64,000 nt of DNA from the human T2T-CHM13v2.0 reference genome, Homo sapiens. The notes below the pieces were generated by a model. The model worked only from the letters and a program-made list of their open reading frames with translations, searched no databases and had not been told where the DNA came from. The DNA lies in assembly GCF_009914755.1 (NCBI RefSeq), contig NC_060933.1. One strand, written 5' to 3'. Of the stretch, positions 39,426 to 54,897 are shown one piece after another. The position numbers and the translations under genes were made by a program. Each line of letters opens with the position of its first letter. Position 1 is the stretch's first letter.

Positions 39426-41448
39426 AGGTTCAGGATTTTAAAAGAATATTTGTTTTGAAAATGGAAGAATACAACATTTTTAAGAGTTGAAGATGGCATA
39501 TTCCTAGTTTGTGAGTCTTGTGGTATGTTATCGTAGAGCTCCTTCAATATGTATAATTTGGAACACAGCCCCTTTAGTTTGTCAGCATTTGGCACATACG
39601 GGATACCTAACAGATCGTAGGTAAATTTAATTAGAATTCTGTTTTTGTGTATAGAGTACAGCTCTTTACATAGTATGATTTGAAGTGAAATAATGGCTTA
39701 AGGTAAGTGGCTTTTGAAATTGAAATGAAATTATGGCTTCAACAACTTAGGGCAGTAAGTCTTCTAACTGTTTTATGTCAAATCCTTTTTCTCCCAAAAA
39801 CATGTACATAACAGTTTTAGATACAATTTAACAGGATGGAGAACTCATCTAGAGGCAGTTGCTGAATTCCTGACGTTTATTAGGCACTCAACCAAGACTT
39901 GATAACTAATTAAAATTTGAGTAGAGTGGGTTACCTATTTGAATTTTAGGTTTTCAAATATATATTTTATTTGACCTGGGTCTTCACATATGCAGGTTTT
40001 TTTCCCCTGTGTGAGTTAATTTCCAACTTGCCTGGCTGACACCTACTTATCTCTCAAATATCGGTTTAAAAGGTCACTTCTGAATGAGGTGTAATGGTCA
40101 TAGGTTCTCAATTAGTGGTTGTTGTTGGGTCTGTTAGAATTCTGCAGTAGTTAGCTTTGACTTTGGGTAACTTAATTACTTTATTGGTAAAAAATACATT
40201 TTTTTCCATTAAAGTTATAAAGCTAAAATGAGAGAATGAGTAGACTTAACATAATAGGCAAATATTTTGATAAAAGTCTTCATAACTACATGATAAGTTC
40301 ATGATCATTGTGGCAAACATGGGCTTATACCTTCCACTATGGTTTTTTCTGTTTTTGGTTTGTTTGTTTGTTGTTTTTCTTTTGAGACGAGGTCTCTCAC
40401 TCTGTTGCCCAGGCTGGAGAGCAATGGTGTGATCATGGTTCACTGCAGCTTTGACCCCAGGCGGAAGCAATCCTCTCAAATAGCTGGAACTATAGACATG
40501 TGCCACCATACCCAGTTAATTTTTGTATTTTTTGTAGAGATAGGATTTTGCCTTTAGGATATTGCTACAACCACCACTGTGAAACCACAGGCCCATATGC
40601 TAAAACAGCCCTGGGAGACAGTTGACTCCTCCCCTTCTCCCATTTTGCAGATGGAGACACTAAGGCCCAGAGAAGGAAATAGAATTGCCAAAGGTTCTAC
40701 AGTGAGTTCATGGGAGGGGCAAGACTAATGAGAAAAGGGACATCTCTTGGACATCACTGGGCACTGTGCTTTGCATACATGATCATATTCCATCCTCAAA
40801 ACAAACCTGTGCAGCAGGTTTTGTTAGTACTCCGGTTTCACAGATGAAGCCTCAACTCTGAGGCTCAGACACTGGGAAGTTGCCCAGGATCACACAGTTA
40901 GGAGATGGCAGAGCTGGAATTTGAAAGCCAGTCTGATTTTCCACACAAATCATTTGACCACTAACACTTTCGGGTTGCCTAAAACCCAGGCCCCGTCTCC
41001 CCACTCCCCTAAGTCCACTCTATCCCTGTAGTCCTCCATTATGTTACATTGACTCCTAAAGAAAAAAGATCCAGATGGTCACAGCTTTGGAGGATTTGCA
41101 AAGCACTTCTGTGCCTTCCTGCACATCATCTCAGGAGATCCTGATACCAGACTGAGCTTGTAGCCTGGCCAGAAATAGCATGCTCATTTCACAAAGCAAG
41201 AACTGTTGGGTTTCCTTCAATCTAATGATTTCACCACCATCTGTGCGATAGCTGAGCAAAGTCAACAGGTTGATAAACTCCTGTGGTAGGAATGGGGACC
41301 CATGACCTGCCAATAGGGAAGAACAGACATACGGAACTTGGCCAGGGAAACTTAATCCAGAAGAAAAAAGTGTATTTTCTCTCCTTATATGTTTTAAATA
41401 GAATAATGAGAATCCTGGATTTTATTTTATTTTTTTAATTAAAATTAA

Positions 41449-41685
<237 letters not shown>

Positions 41686-43053
41686 TAGTGTTTATATTTT
41701 AATTTATTCTCAGAAGGGTAGGAGGGTCTAGAGGAAATGCAAAATGTGAGTCTTATTTTATGATTTGCTATGGTAAGGCACATTTAATCCCGTTCTTCAG
41801 TGAAAGGATTTACGAAGGATACAACACAATGTACCTGTCTGTTGCCTTCATTGTATTTTTTCCCAGATTTTTATTTAGTTTGCAATGTTACAACAATAAG
41901 GGAAATTAAAAGGAAAGAAAATTATCCATAATCCTACCACCCTAACAAATGAACTGTTCAGTGTTCCTCTTACTTCAGGCAAAATTTACATAGGTGATTT
42001 ATGAGTGTAGTTACAGCCTCGCATTCATTCGGCTTTCACACCTGACAGTTTATCATTATAATGCCACAGGTTTTCATGATTATCATTTAAAAATAAATGT
42101 TTTAATATTTTAATGGCTGCTTAATACTCTTTTAAGTGGATATATCATTCCCTAGTATTATATATTTAGAAGGACTCCCGTTTTTCACTATCACAGATAA
42201 TCCCAAAGTGCATGTCTTCATACATATCACATTCTCCTATTTTTGCCATTTCTTTAAAATCCCCAGATCTAGATTTTGCTGGGTCAAAGGGCCTGAATGC
42301 TTGCATGGCTCTTGATATATATGGGCAAATCGCTTTGCCAAATGATTTTATACATTTACTTTGCCTCTAGTAATGGATGAGGAGGATAGTCTCATACCAT
42401 GCTCTTGCCACAACCAAGGGAAATCTACCAACAAATGAAATGTAACTTGATAAGCAATGTTTTTACTTCATTTTGACAAATGGCTTGACAAGCCTGTCGC
42501 AGGCTCTCTATTCTCTTATCTCTGTTGCTGTCATAAATTAAGTGCCTATACCAAGAATCTGGGAATGAGGCAAAGCAATTATTATACCCATTTTATAGCT
42601 GAGGAAACTGAGTCTCAAATCAGGGTTTTTCCCAATAGGCTGGACAGTGAGTAAGTGGAAGTGCTGAGACTTTGGTAATATCATCAACTGTTGTGAACCA
42701 AAGATGATGCATTGGTTCCTTATAACCTCCTGGAATGTCTTCTGGGTTTTGAAGCTAGGAAAGCATGTTCACATCAGGTACATTTGTAACTTTTTTTCAG
42801 CAGACCTCATAGGCCTTCCAGCCTCCAATTGCTACTCAAATCATGGGCTTACTTTGGAGGAGACTTTTGATATATTTTGTTTGCCAGAGAATCTGTGACT
42901 TTCAGAGCTGGAGGGAACATCAGAGATAATCTCATTCTACTGGGAGAATGGAGATGGAGAAACAGTCCCAAAGAAGAGAAAGGATTTTTCCAGGTTCATT
43001 CACGGAGCTGACAGCAGAGTTAGGATCTACATTCTGGTTTAAAATGGTGCCTA

Positions 43054-45875
43054 GGCCGGGTACCATGACTCACACCTGTAATCCCAGCACTTTGGGAGGC
43101 CAAAGCAGGTGGATGTGCTTGAGCTGAAGAGCTGAGACAAGCCTGGGCAAAATGGTGAAACCCTGTCTCTACAAAAACACAAAAATAGCAGGGTGTGATG
43201 GTGCATGCCTGTAGTCCCAGTTACTTGGGGGGCTGAGTCAAGAGAATAACTTGAGCCCAGGAGGTTGAGGCTGCCATGAGCCATGTTTGCACCATTGCAC
43301 TCCAGCCTGGGTGACAGAGACCCTGTCTCAAAAACAAACAAATAAATAAATAATGAAAAAAAACTACTTTAAAAACGTTGCCTAGAGCATATAATTGGGC
43401 AACTTGTATATTGTGAGATATTCAAAAATGAGTATTTTTTCTTTTCTTTTTTTTTTTTTTTTGAAATGGGGTCTCACTCTGTCGCCCAGGCTGGAGTGCA
43501 GTGGCAGTCATGGCTTACTGCAACCTCACCTCCCAGGCTCAAGCGATCCTCCCATCTCAGACTCCTGAGTAGCTGGGACTACAGGAAAATGGCACCAAGT
43601 CCAGCTAATGTTTTGCATTTTGGTAGAGATGGGGTTTCACCATGTAGTCCAGGCTGGTCTTGAACTGCTTTCCTAGGCTCTGCTCTCAGCTCCTGAGCTC
43701 AAGCAATCCGCCTGCCTTAGCCTCCCAGAGTGCTGGGATTACAGGCGTGAGCCACTGCGCCTGGTCCTTAAGTGAACAGTTTTTAAAAGCAGTGAGAACC
43801 ATTTGAGAAACACTGGATACCTTATGTTTCTTTTGGAGATCCCTGGTGAAATAGTCTGGGTAACAATATGTTAATGTGAAACAGATTTTTTTAAATTAAA
43901 GGATTTGCCATAGTCTGCTACCCAAAATGACAATTTTTTATTATTTAGTTTTAGTGTTTTGTGGGTATTTGGTTGGGCTTGTTTGTTTATTTTTACTTTG
44001 AGGAAATATATCCTATTTATTAGATTTTACTTTTAGCATGTGTTGTTTATTTATTTATTTACTTATTTTTTACCTGGTAATCAGTGTCACTGTATACTTG
44101 CAGAGGTATGTGTACACTTAACAGTATATCTTGGTGATTGTTCCACACTGGTACTTTAAGGGCTTCCTTGTTGTTCTTCATATATTTTTCCTGCAGTGGG
44201 GTATTCTGATCAATATGTATTTGAATCTCTAATTGGAATATAGTCTCTACCCTCAGGGAGCTTATAGTCTCCTGGAAAAATGAGGTGTGTTCATTATGGC
44301 TGCTGAAAGAAGGGAGCAGGTGCACTGGGAAGAGATACAAAGTTTGGCTGGAAACAGTGGCTCATGCCTGTAATTTCAACATTTTGAGAAGCAGAGGTGG
44401 GTGCATCACTTGAGCTCAGGAGTGTGAAGACCAGCCTGGGCAACATGGTGAATCCTAAAAATACAAAAATTAGCCAGGCGTGGTGGTGCACGTCTGTAAT
44501 TGCAGCTACTCCAGTGGCTGAAGCATGAGGATCACCTGAACCTGGGAGGCGGAGGTTACAGTGAGCCAAGATCACACCACTGCACTCCAGTGTGGGGCGA
44601 CAGAGCAAGACTGTCTCAAAAAAAAAAAAAAAAAAAAAAATGGAGAGAGAGAGATAAAATGTAGTAGGCAAGAAGAGAAAAGAGATCATCTCAGCTGGTT
44701 TTGGATATTGGACATGAGCTCAAACCTGAGAACTGAGAAGCTGTCTGCTGCAGGTGAGTCTGGATGATGGACAGTGACAAGCAGTTATTCATGTGTGAAT
44801 CTGGTCAACATGAACATTTAGATGCTGAACACAAAAGCTTGATTTTTATTAGCTATATTTGTTGCCCATATATTGGAACAGATCTTAAAGTGGAAGTCAG
44901 ACATGTATTATCAGATATCATTTGGAGTAATGAGTGTATTTTCCTAATCTTTCCAACACCAACCTAAAAACTCATGTCAAAAGCATGCATACTAATTAAT
45001 TTGTTTTCCATATAGTAATAAGATTAACAACCTCGCATTTACATGGGGTACTGAGTCATGCTCAAATAAAACAAGTTCTAATGAGAAAAATTGAATGTGG
45101 CAGCAAATCATGTCCCACCCAGCAATCCAGGTTTATGTGTGTTTTTCTGTCTTTCCTACACATATTTTTGTCAGGATCTCACTGTAAACAAGATGATTTC
45201 TTTCATGTTGCTTAGGTGAATTTGTTTAGTGAACCACAAAGTCACTGTAAATATTGCACAAATCTGAGTGCCTTGCAGTGTGGCTGGGAATCTTTTAACC
45301 TGCTTCAAAAAATGAAATGTGTTCACTGAAAGAACCATATTGGGAGAAAACACTCTTAACATATCAAGGCTCTTAGATATGCAGGCTGGCTCAATTCTAT
45401 CCTGGACAATAGAAGAATTTGTGGTGGAATAACGTGACCTTGTACAGTCACTCTACCTCACCTAATCTGGGCCTCAGTTTCTTCCTCTCAACTGGACAGA
45501 GTCGGCTAGGTCTGTGATTGTCCTACCTACTAATCATCAGAATCAGCAGAGGGTGGAGGGTGGCAAGTGAGAGCTTTAAAAAATACATGTGGAGGCCGGG
45601 CGTGGTGGCTCACCCCTGTAATCCCAGCACTTTGGGAGGCTTGAGGCAGGCGGATCACGAGGTCAGGAGTTTGATACCCTCCTGGCCAACATAGTGAAAT
45701 CCTGTCTCCACTAAAAATACAAAAATTAGCTGGGTGCAGTGGCACACTGTAATTCCAGCTACTCAGGGGCACAAGAATCGCTTGGGCCCGGGAGGCAGAG
45801 GTTGCAGTGAGCCGAGATCACACCACTGCATTCCTGCCTGGGCGACAGCGAGATTCTGTCTCAAAAAAAAAAAAA
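43054..45875. mobile_element. Dispersed Alus: 43054-43352 (+), 43436-43767 (-), 44346-44640 (+) and 45594-45875 (+, inside a MER5-like remnant)
   Basis: Alu consensus matches. Confidence 0.85.
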
Positions 45876-46924
45876 TGCAAACAAAACACATGGCCAACCT
45901 GTCCTACTAAATTCCAGTCCTACTAGACCCCAAAACCCCAGTCTCTGAGGGTTGGGGCTCCCAGAGTTTCTATTTTTAAAAATAAATTTCTCATGTGATT
46001 TGATGATCAACCAGGTTTGGGACCCTCTGGACTAGACAGATTACCACTAAGATCTTTTCCAGATTTCATGACCATCAAAACTGATTATTCTAAAAACTCA
46101 TCTTGGAAAATACCGTTGTGTGTCTGGGTGGAAGAACGCTGGTAAGGGAAGTAGGAAGCTGGATTCGAGTCCTAGGGCTCCCCTCAAGCTATCCAGGGGA
46201 CACTGGAAAAGCCACTTCACTCTGGACCTTAGTATCTTCATCCACAAAGTAAAGGCACTGGAGCAGGCAGTGTCAGGGCCCTTCCTCTCACATTCTGCAG
46301 CCTAATTAATTCTGATTCCTTTGAGATTCATTGTTTGCACATAAACCACCCTTAGGTGACTGAATACAGAGACTGGTCAGTGAGACTGGTTGGGTTCATC
46401 TGCGGTAGCCTACCCATTCTTCCTGAGGCCCAGGGAGTCTCTTCTGCCTTGCACCTTCGGTGGGTCCCACCCCTCCACCTCTTTCAGAGGGGCTGAGGGT
46501 GTGTTCTGGCCCAGAGCCAGGCACTTCCTCAACCCTCACTCCTTTCCTCCATTTAGGACTCAACTCATTTCAGCTTTTCCTGTTCCTCCAAGACAAGATC
46601 TATGAAAGATCCCCGATACCTTATCCCCCACATTCCCAGCCCAGAGATCCCCTACACAGTAAATCCCCAAAAGTATCTGAGAAATGAATGAATGATTGAG
46701 TGAACAAATGTCATATCAGCTTCTTTCCAGCTGTAACATTCAATGCCTCTGTCCTCAGAGGGTTCATCCTCAGTGAGGTGAAAGAAGACAAAGTCTTGTC
46801 AGGTCTAGATACGGCATAGGACCATGCAAAGAGTGGGCCACTTCTGCCAAACGTTGAGCCTATTAGTTTTACTAACTTCATATGGATGGGATTATACTGG
46901 ATGTATTCACTGTGTCATGCTGCC

Positions 46925-47233
46925 TTTTTTTTTTCTTTTTTTTTTTTAATTTCCAGACACAGTTTCACTCTGTCCTCCAAGCTAGAGTGCAGTAGTGCGA
47001 CCTTGGCTCACTAGAACCTCCACCTCCCGGGTTCAAGCGATTCTCATGCCTTAGCCTCCTGAGTCGCTGGAATTACAGGTGCGTGCCACCATGGCCAGCT
47101 AATTTTCCTATTTTTAGTTGAGACAGGGTTTCACCATTTGGCCAGGTTGGTCTCGAACTCCTGCATCAAGTGATCTGTAGACCTCGGCCTCCCAAAGTGC
47201 TGGGATTACAGGCGTGAGCCACTGTGCCTGGCC
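46925..47233 (-). mobile_element. AluS, specific to copy B
   Basis: Flanked by CTGTGTC(A/T)TGC. The site is empty at A ~905. Confidence 0.88.
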
Positions 47234-50200
47234 TGTGTCTTGCTTCTTTCAACCAACATTATATTCTATATACTTGCTAGGATGGGGGTTATTAGCATTC
47301 ACTTTTAATTACTCATTAAAGTATATACATATGCTTTGTGCATATTCAGTATCTGCACTATACTTCACAATAAAAGAAGAATTGAGGGAGTCCAAGACGA
47401 TTGCTGTTTGTTTTCAAGAGACAACCTAGAATGAGTGTTCTCTTTTAGCCACTTTTAGAAAAAGTGGCTGGGCATGGTGGTTCACATCTGTAGTCCCAGC
47501 ACTTTGTGAGGATGAAGCAGGACAGTCACTGGAGCCCAGGTGTTTGAGACCAGCCTGGCAAACATGGTAAAAACCTGTGTCTACAAAAAATACAAAAATT
47601 GGCTGGGCATGCTGGTGAGTGCCTGTAGTTCCAGCTACTTTGGAGGCTGAGGCAGGAGGATCACCTTACCCTGGGAGGTTGAGGCTTCAGTAAGTCAAGA
47701 TCTCACCACTCCACTCCAGCGTAGGCCACATAGTGAGACCATGTCTCAAAAAAAAAAGAGTGACTTGGAACCTGTAAGATCTTTACAAAAGGCAAGAACC
47801 TTGGGGAAGTTTTTCACATAGGAACTTTACCTCAGAGCTTGCCTTTTCTTCACTCCTTGGCGAGTATTCAGTCAACAGAAGCATTACCCTCACTATGTAG
47901 GTCACACATCACATAAGGCTGTGCCTCGCCTACCAAGTGGCCTAACCTGTCTGAGCTTCAGTTTTTTCATATGGAAAATGATGATGTTGCTGGCAGCACG
48001 GTGAGAGGTGTGGAGGATGCCCACATAAATAAGGTATGAGGACCCGACTTGCCATACCCTGTGACTGGGCCTAAATCTGCACATGTGGCAAGGTAACTGT
48101 ATGGAAAATAGGGGTTATAGGCTTTGTGTTGATAAACCTGAGAAAAAGTTTGGGGAAATCATTTTCCACTAACAGACCCAGTTCAGCAACACTTTAGTAT
48201 TTACCTGCCTGGGCTGCCTCATGCATTGCTCTGTGGCGAGTCAGGGTTTAATGAAGTGGGATAAACCACACACACACACATTAGCATCAGCACAGGCAGG
48301 ATTAACTTTACACTCCATTTGCAAGAGGAAAGCTCCTCTCCTAGAGTTTGTTATAAAGGGATTTAGAATCACAGAATGATAGAGGTGGAAGAGAGTCCCT
48401 AAGACATCATCATAATCCTATTCCATCATTTTACAGAAGGTCAAAGAGACCTGCCCAAGAGAGCAGAAGAGACCTGCCCAAGGTCACCTACTGAATTAGC
48501 ACAGAGCTCAGGTTGGACCCCAGTCTCCAGATCCCCAGGCCTACATCCTCTCCGCTTTCTCCTGTATTGCTTAACCACTGCCTTGTAACAAAGGCGGGGT
48601 AGCACATTTCTCTTTCTGGCTTTGCTCTATACCCTTGATACTCACACCCTCCATATTCAGGTTTTATGGTGTATGAGCAAGATTTGCATGTACCCAGCTG
48701 AGCCAGCCTCCCTCATGTCAGTGTAGCTTTGCACTTGCTGTTTCCTTTGTCTTCATTGGTCTTCCCTCTCTACTCTTTCCAGAGAGATTCTATTCAGTGT
48801 TGCCTTCCCCAGGAATTCTCTGAACCATGCCCTCTCCCATCTCTCTAGACTTTGAGCCCCTCTAGAGTAGGGACTTCGTCTTCTTTGCCTTTGTATCTCA
48901 CTGCCTAGCAGGGGAATAGCATGTGGAAGATACAGAGTAAACACTTGCTGAATGAACAAATGACCAGATGAAATAATAAATAATTAAACATACAAATGAA
49001 TGAATGAAGTCAAAGGCAGAGAGGAGGCAGTATGGGTCTCAAGCAACCTGGAGCTCTTAACAACTTGCCAATTTAGCTCAAGTCCTTCCTTGTGGAGCTC
49101 TGGCCTGTTCTGGATGTTTTCCATGACAACCATGGTCCATGACCTGCCTCCTTGGGATGGCCTGGACTCTGACCACATATCACTGAGCTGAATCTGCCAT
49201 AGCCCTGGGCTTTCATCTCAGGCCCCAGATAGACTGTCAATGAGCCATCAATTCTGTCCTTCCCACCATCTTCAACCAGTTTTCCCAGGGCTGCCTGCAC
49301 TGGGGGATACACCTAGAAAATTTCCACGTGAGACGTGAAGCCTATGTCTTCAGGGTGACCGTGCCCCTCAGGGTGGAGTGCCAACACAGATTCCCCATGG
49401 GCATCTCAATTCTAGCAACTTGATTAGAGAAGGCACCTTCAGATGTCCCTTGTTTATATAGACTCCTGAGAGGGAAAGTTGGGAGTGTGTATAAGTACCT
49501 ATATACATGTATTTGACTGGGATAGGCATTGACGTAAAAGTCAGGAGACTAGGGGTTCAGCCCCAACTTTGTCAGCATGGCAAAATGGTTAAGCATGTGG
49601 ACTCTGGAATTGTACTGCTGGGTTAGAATCCCAGCTCTCGCACTTACTAGCTATTCAGCCTTGGGGAGGTTACCTAACTGTGGTGTGCTTCATTTCCCCA
49701 CCTATAGAATGGAGACAATGATATTCTCTGCCTCATAGAGCTGCTATGAAGAACACATGAGGTAGGCTGGGCTCCGTGGCTCACACATGTAATCTCAGTG
49801 CTTTGAGAGGCCAAGACGAAAGGATCGCTTGAACCCAGGAGTTTGAGGTTACAGTGAACTATGATCATGCCACTGCACTCCAGTCTGGGTGACAGAGTGA
49901 GACCCAGTCTCTGGAAAAAAAAAAAAAAAAGAATATGTGAGGTAATATATGTAATGTGTTTAGAATAGTGCCAGGCCCATAGTAAGTGTTAAATAAATGT
50001 TAGGAATTGTTATTTTCTCAGACCCTTAGTTCATGTTATTCCTTCTGCCTGGAATGTTCTACCCTCTGGCTTTCTGCATGCCCAGCTCCTTCTCCAAGTC
50101 TCCACTTAAGGTCATCTCCTCAGGGAGACCTTCCTTGACCTTACCTAGAATATATTCTCCCCCTCACTCCTGCATCACTGAATACATAGAGGATGGATCA

Positions 50201-50810
50201 GGGTGTCTCTGAATCTCTTCTGGTTCTTATCTTGTGTATTTTCCACAATGTTATTTTTTAGGCACACCGTTCCTCCCATAAGCCTAGGCTATTCATTTAT
50301 GTGATTAATACAGAGTAACAAACTTGTAAACTGCAGGCATATTTGATCTGGAACAGGCTGAGGAATCTGGCACCATCCGGTGGGCCACTGATTGTATTTC
50401 CAGTTTGCATCTGGTCTTTCTTGTTACATCTTTTCTCCTGTGCCAGAAGTTTCATTGCCAAAAGTGGTCAGAGACTTAAATGTTTACTTTTTCGTTTTGG
50501 CAGCATCAGTAAACTGGATTATTAAAGTTTTGTCTTCCCTCTTTGAAACCCCCAAAAGAAAAGAAATTACAAGAAGAAATCTTGGCATACAAAGAAAATA
50601 ATTCAAAGAATGTAATCATAATAGTAGTCAATGGTTTTCAGACTGACATCTGTACATTAAGAATATGTAAAAATACCAATTTTATGCTCTGACAACTTAT
50701 TCTGAATTGGGGTGGGGTAATATCTTGGGAATCCCAATGTGAAAGCATTACATAATGTCAGCTATTCATGTGCTTCTTTGATGAGATATCAACAGGAATG
50801 TGAATTCCTA

Positions 50811-51183
<373 letters not shown>

Positions 51184-52700
51184 AGGGACAAAGGAAGAGA
51201 GAAGATGTCAAATCATAATGAAAGAGTGGTTGTGTAAAGAAAAGTTAATGCATATATTTTTAAACAATACATACAATCCCAAATCTAAGCCAACCATATC
51301 TAGGGGTTACTTATCTCTGTTTTGAGTTTCCACAATTACCACCATGATGGCATTGAACATCATGTTGGGAAGAGGTGTGCAGCAGCACACCATTATATCG
51401 TGTTTCCGCCATACAGATCAACTAGAGGTAAATTGCCTTAAGAACTAAGACAATAGTACAACAATTAAGAGCTGGGTGTGCTGGTTGATGCCTGTAATCC
51501 CAGCACTTTGGGAGGCTGAGGTAGGAGGATTGCTTGAGCCCAGGAGTGCGAGACTGCCTGGGCAACATAGGGAAACCCATCTCTACAAAAAATTTAAAAT
51601 AGCAGGCCTGGTGGTGCACACCTGTAGTTCTACTCTCTCAGGAGGCTGAGGTGGGAAGATCACTTCAGCCTGGGAGTTTGAACTTAAAGTGAGCTATGAT
51701 TGTGCCACTGCACTCCAGCCTGGGCAACAGAGCTAAAAAACAAATAAGAAAACAAACAAACAAAAACCCAAAAAAACACAATTAGGAAATGATGAATTTT
51801 AAATATTGTTACCATATGAAAATATTTCTTTAATTGTAAGTGTGATTCTTCTGCCTCAGCCTCCCAAGTAGCTGGGACTACAGGCACGTACCACCACACT
51901 CAGCTAATTGTAAGTTCATATAATTTAATTTTTAAGAATGAATGGGTTTAACCAGCAGCTTGGAGAATTCCTTAAAATTTGACAATCAGCTCTCATGAGC
52001 CAATCTGAGCCAGCTGAGGCACAATGCTGCCCCTATCCCACCAAAACTGTGTTACCCCTCACCTGGTCTCAGGCAATAGTCTCCTAACTGGCCTCTAACA
52101 TCTAGTCTCACCTTCCCCACACTAGCCACCAGAAAGGGTGTATAAAACATGTAATTGACCACATTACTCTTCTTAAAACCTTCCATGGGTTTTGATTGTC
52201 CTGAGGATAAAATCCTGTTCCTTATCTACCATACCTGGACTTTGTGACCAGACCCAAACCTTCCTCTATAGCTTCCCAGTAAGTCTATTCTTTCACAGTG
52301 TTTTCCTCTCTCCCTCCATTCCCCAACATGCTGTGCTCCAGTCAGGCCAGCTCACTTGCAGTTTCACAAACTCACAAGGCTGAGTCATGCCTCTGCCATG
52401 GCTCTTGCAGAGCCTCCTGGCTGGTGTGCTTCAGCCTGATCCTGGTTTCTGCAGAGAACACTCACTCCTATGTCAAGATTCAAAGAGTCACTCATGCAAA
52501 CTTTTCTCATTCTCTTAATTACATATAAACGACAACCTCCTCCCCTTTGAGATGGAGTTTCACTCTTGTTGCCCATGCTGGAGTAAAATGGCGCTCCATT
52601 TCAGCTCACTGGAACCTCTGCCTTCTGGGTTCAAGCAATTCTCCTGCCTCAGCCTCCTGAGTAGTTGGGATTACAGGCACCCACCATCACACCCGGCTAA

Positions 52701-52847
<147 letters not shown>

Positions 52848-53743
52848 TGAAAAGGAGGATCAGTTCATGGATCTGAGGATCTGAGTTTAGGGGATCAGAG
52901 GAGGAGGGTGGGGTGAAAATAGAGCAGTGATGAAACTTCTCTGTAAATTACCTCTCTGCCTTCCTGCCTCCCTTTTTGCCTGCCACACAGGCTGAGCCAG
53001 GTCCTATTTTGGGGCCAAACGCATATGCTTGTGTGCACTCAGAGATGAATAAGACAGCACCTCCCCTGGAGGAGTCAGTGCTACAGATAAGTCAGGGAGG
53101 AAGTATGGGAGCCAATTTCACAGGTGGAATAATAAGGGAGATCATACGTCATGACTCGAAATCTTCCCATTATTCTCCTTCCCCTCTGACCCCCGTGCAT
53201 GCTTCTGAGTCTCCTTGAGAGGAAACCCCATAATATTTCTGGAGTCAAGATTAGATGAGAAGATTTAATAGCATCAGAAGAAACATCTGGGTCCAATTAT
53301 GAAGCTTTAAATGGAGCCTTTACATTTCATACTTGGAATTAAGGCTAGTGAATCCTCCAGATGTTTTCAAATAAACCAAACTATCACAGAGACAACAGGA
53401 GAGTAATTGAAAATGGACTGAGAGAGACCTTGAGCATAGGCAGTCTGAGGTAACACTAAGCAAGCTCACAATATCCCTTGCAAAAAATCTACTAGCAATA
53501 GATGTGTATGTCAAAGAATCTTAGAATTTGGGAGCTTAACAGGACCTGCCTTGGCAGTTACTAAGTCTTTTTCCTCATTTTACAGATGAGGAAACCAAAG
53601 TGCACAGAGATTAAGTGGTTTGAAACTTCACACAGGAAAATTATGTCATACCTGGCACTATAGTCCCATGCTTTGACTTTTAGTTGAGTGAGGGCCCTTG
53701 ATTTTCTGCTCACCTATTGCTTTCCTTCAATAAAATGTTCTAA

Positions 53744-53986
<243 letters not shown>

Positions 53987-54165
53987 TGAACTCCTGATCT
54001 CGTGATCCACCAGCCTTAGCCTCCCAAATTGCTGGGATTACAGGTGTGAGCCACCGCGCCCAGCCTCTAAGTAGGATTTTCTACTTTATAAGTAGGATTT
54101 TCTCTTCTAGTAGTGGAATGAGTCAGACAGGGAGAAGCAAGTCCTTGCAAATGATAAATATATAT

Positions 54166-54897
54166 TGCTATGAGTTGAATTGTGTCCCTCCAAGGGAATG
54201 TTGAAATCCTTATGCTAGTATCTCAGAATATGACCTTATTTGGAAACAGGGTCATTGCAGATATCAGTTAAGATATGATGGATCCTTTTTTCTGTTTGTT
54301 TGAGACAGAGTCTCACTCTGTTGCCCAGGCCTGAATGCAGTGGCTCGATCTCGGCTGACTGCAACCTCTGTCTCCCGGGTTCAAGTGATTCTTCTGCCTC
54401 AGCCTCCCAAGTAGCCAGGACTACAGTCACATGCCACCAGACTCAGCTAATTTTTGTATTTTTAATAGAGACGGGGTTTTGCCATGTTGGCCGGGCTGGT
54501 CTCGAACTCCTGACCTCAGGTGATCCATGTGTCTCTGCCTCCCAAAGTGCTGAGATTACAGGCATAAGCCACCATGCCCAGCCTGATGGGTTCTCAATTC
54601 AATATGACTGATGGCCTCATGGGAGGAAGAATAAGACACACAGGAAGAAGATGTAGCCATGTGATGACAGAGGCAGAGGTTGGAGTGATGCATCTACAAA
54701 CCAAGGATTGCCAAGAACCTACAGAAGCCAGGAAGAGGCAGGGAGGGTTCTTCCTTAAAGCCATCAGAGAGCATGGACCTGCCAACATCTTGATCTCGGA
54801 CTTCTAGCCTCCAAAACTGTGAGAAAAGAAATTCTTGCTGTTTTAAGTCACCCCACTTTTTGGTAATTTGTTGTGGGCAGCCCTAGGAAATGAATAC
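54166..54897 (+). mobile_element. MLT1C-like LTR (paralogue of 12706-13445) carrying a different, copy-B-specific Alu (-) at 54283-54585
   Basis: Same LTR sequence. The Alu sits at a different site, flanked by TGATGG. Confidence 0.82.
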
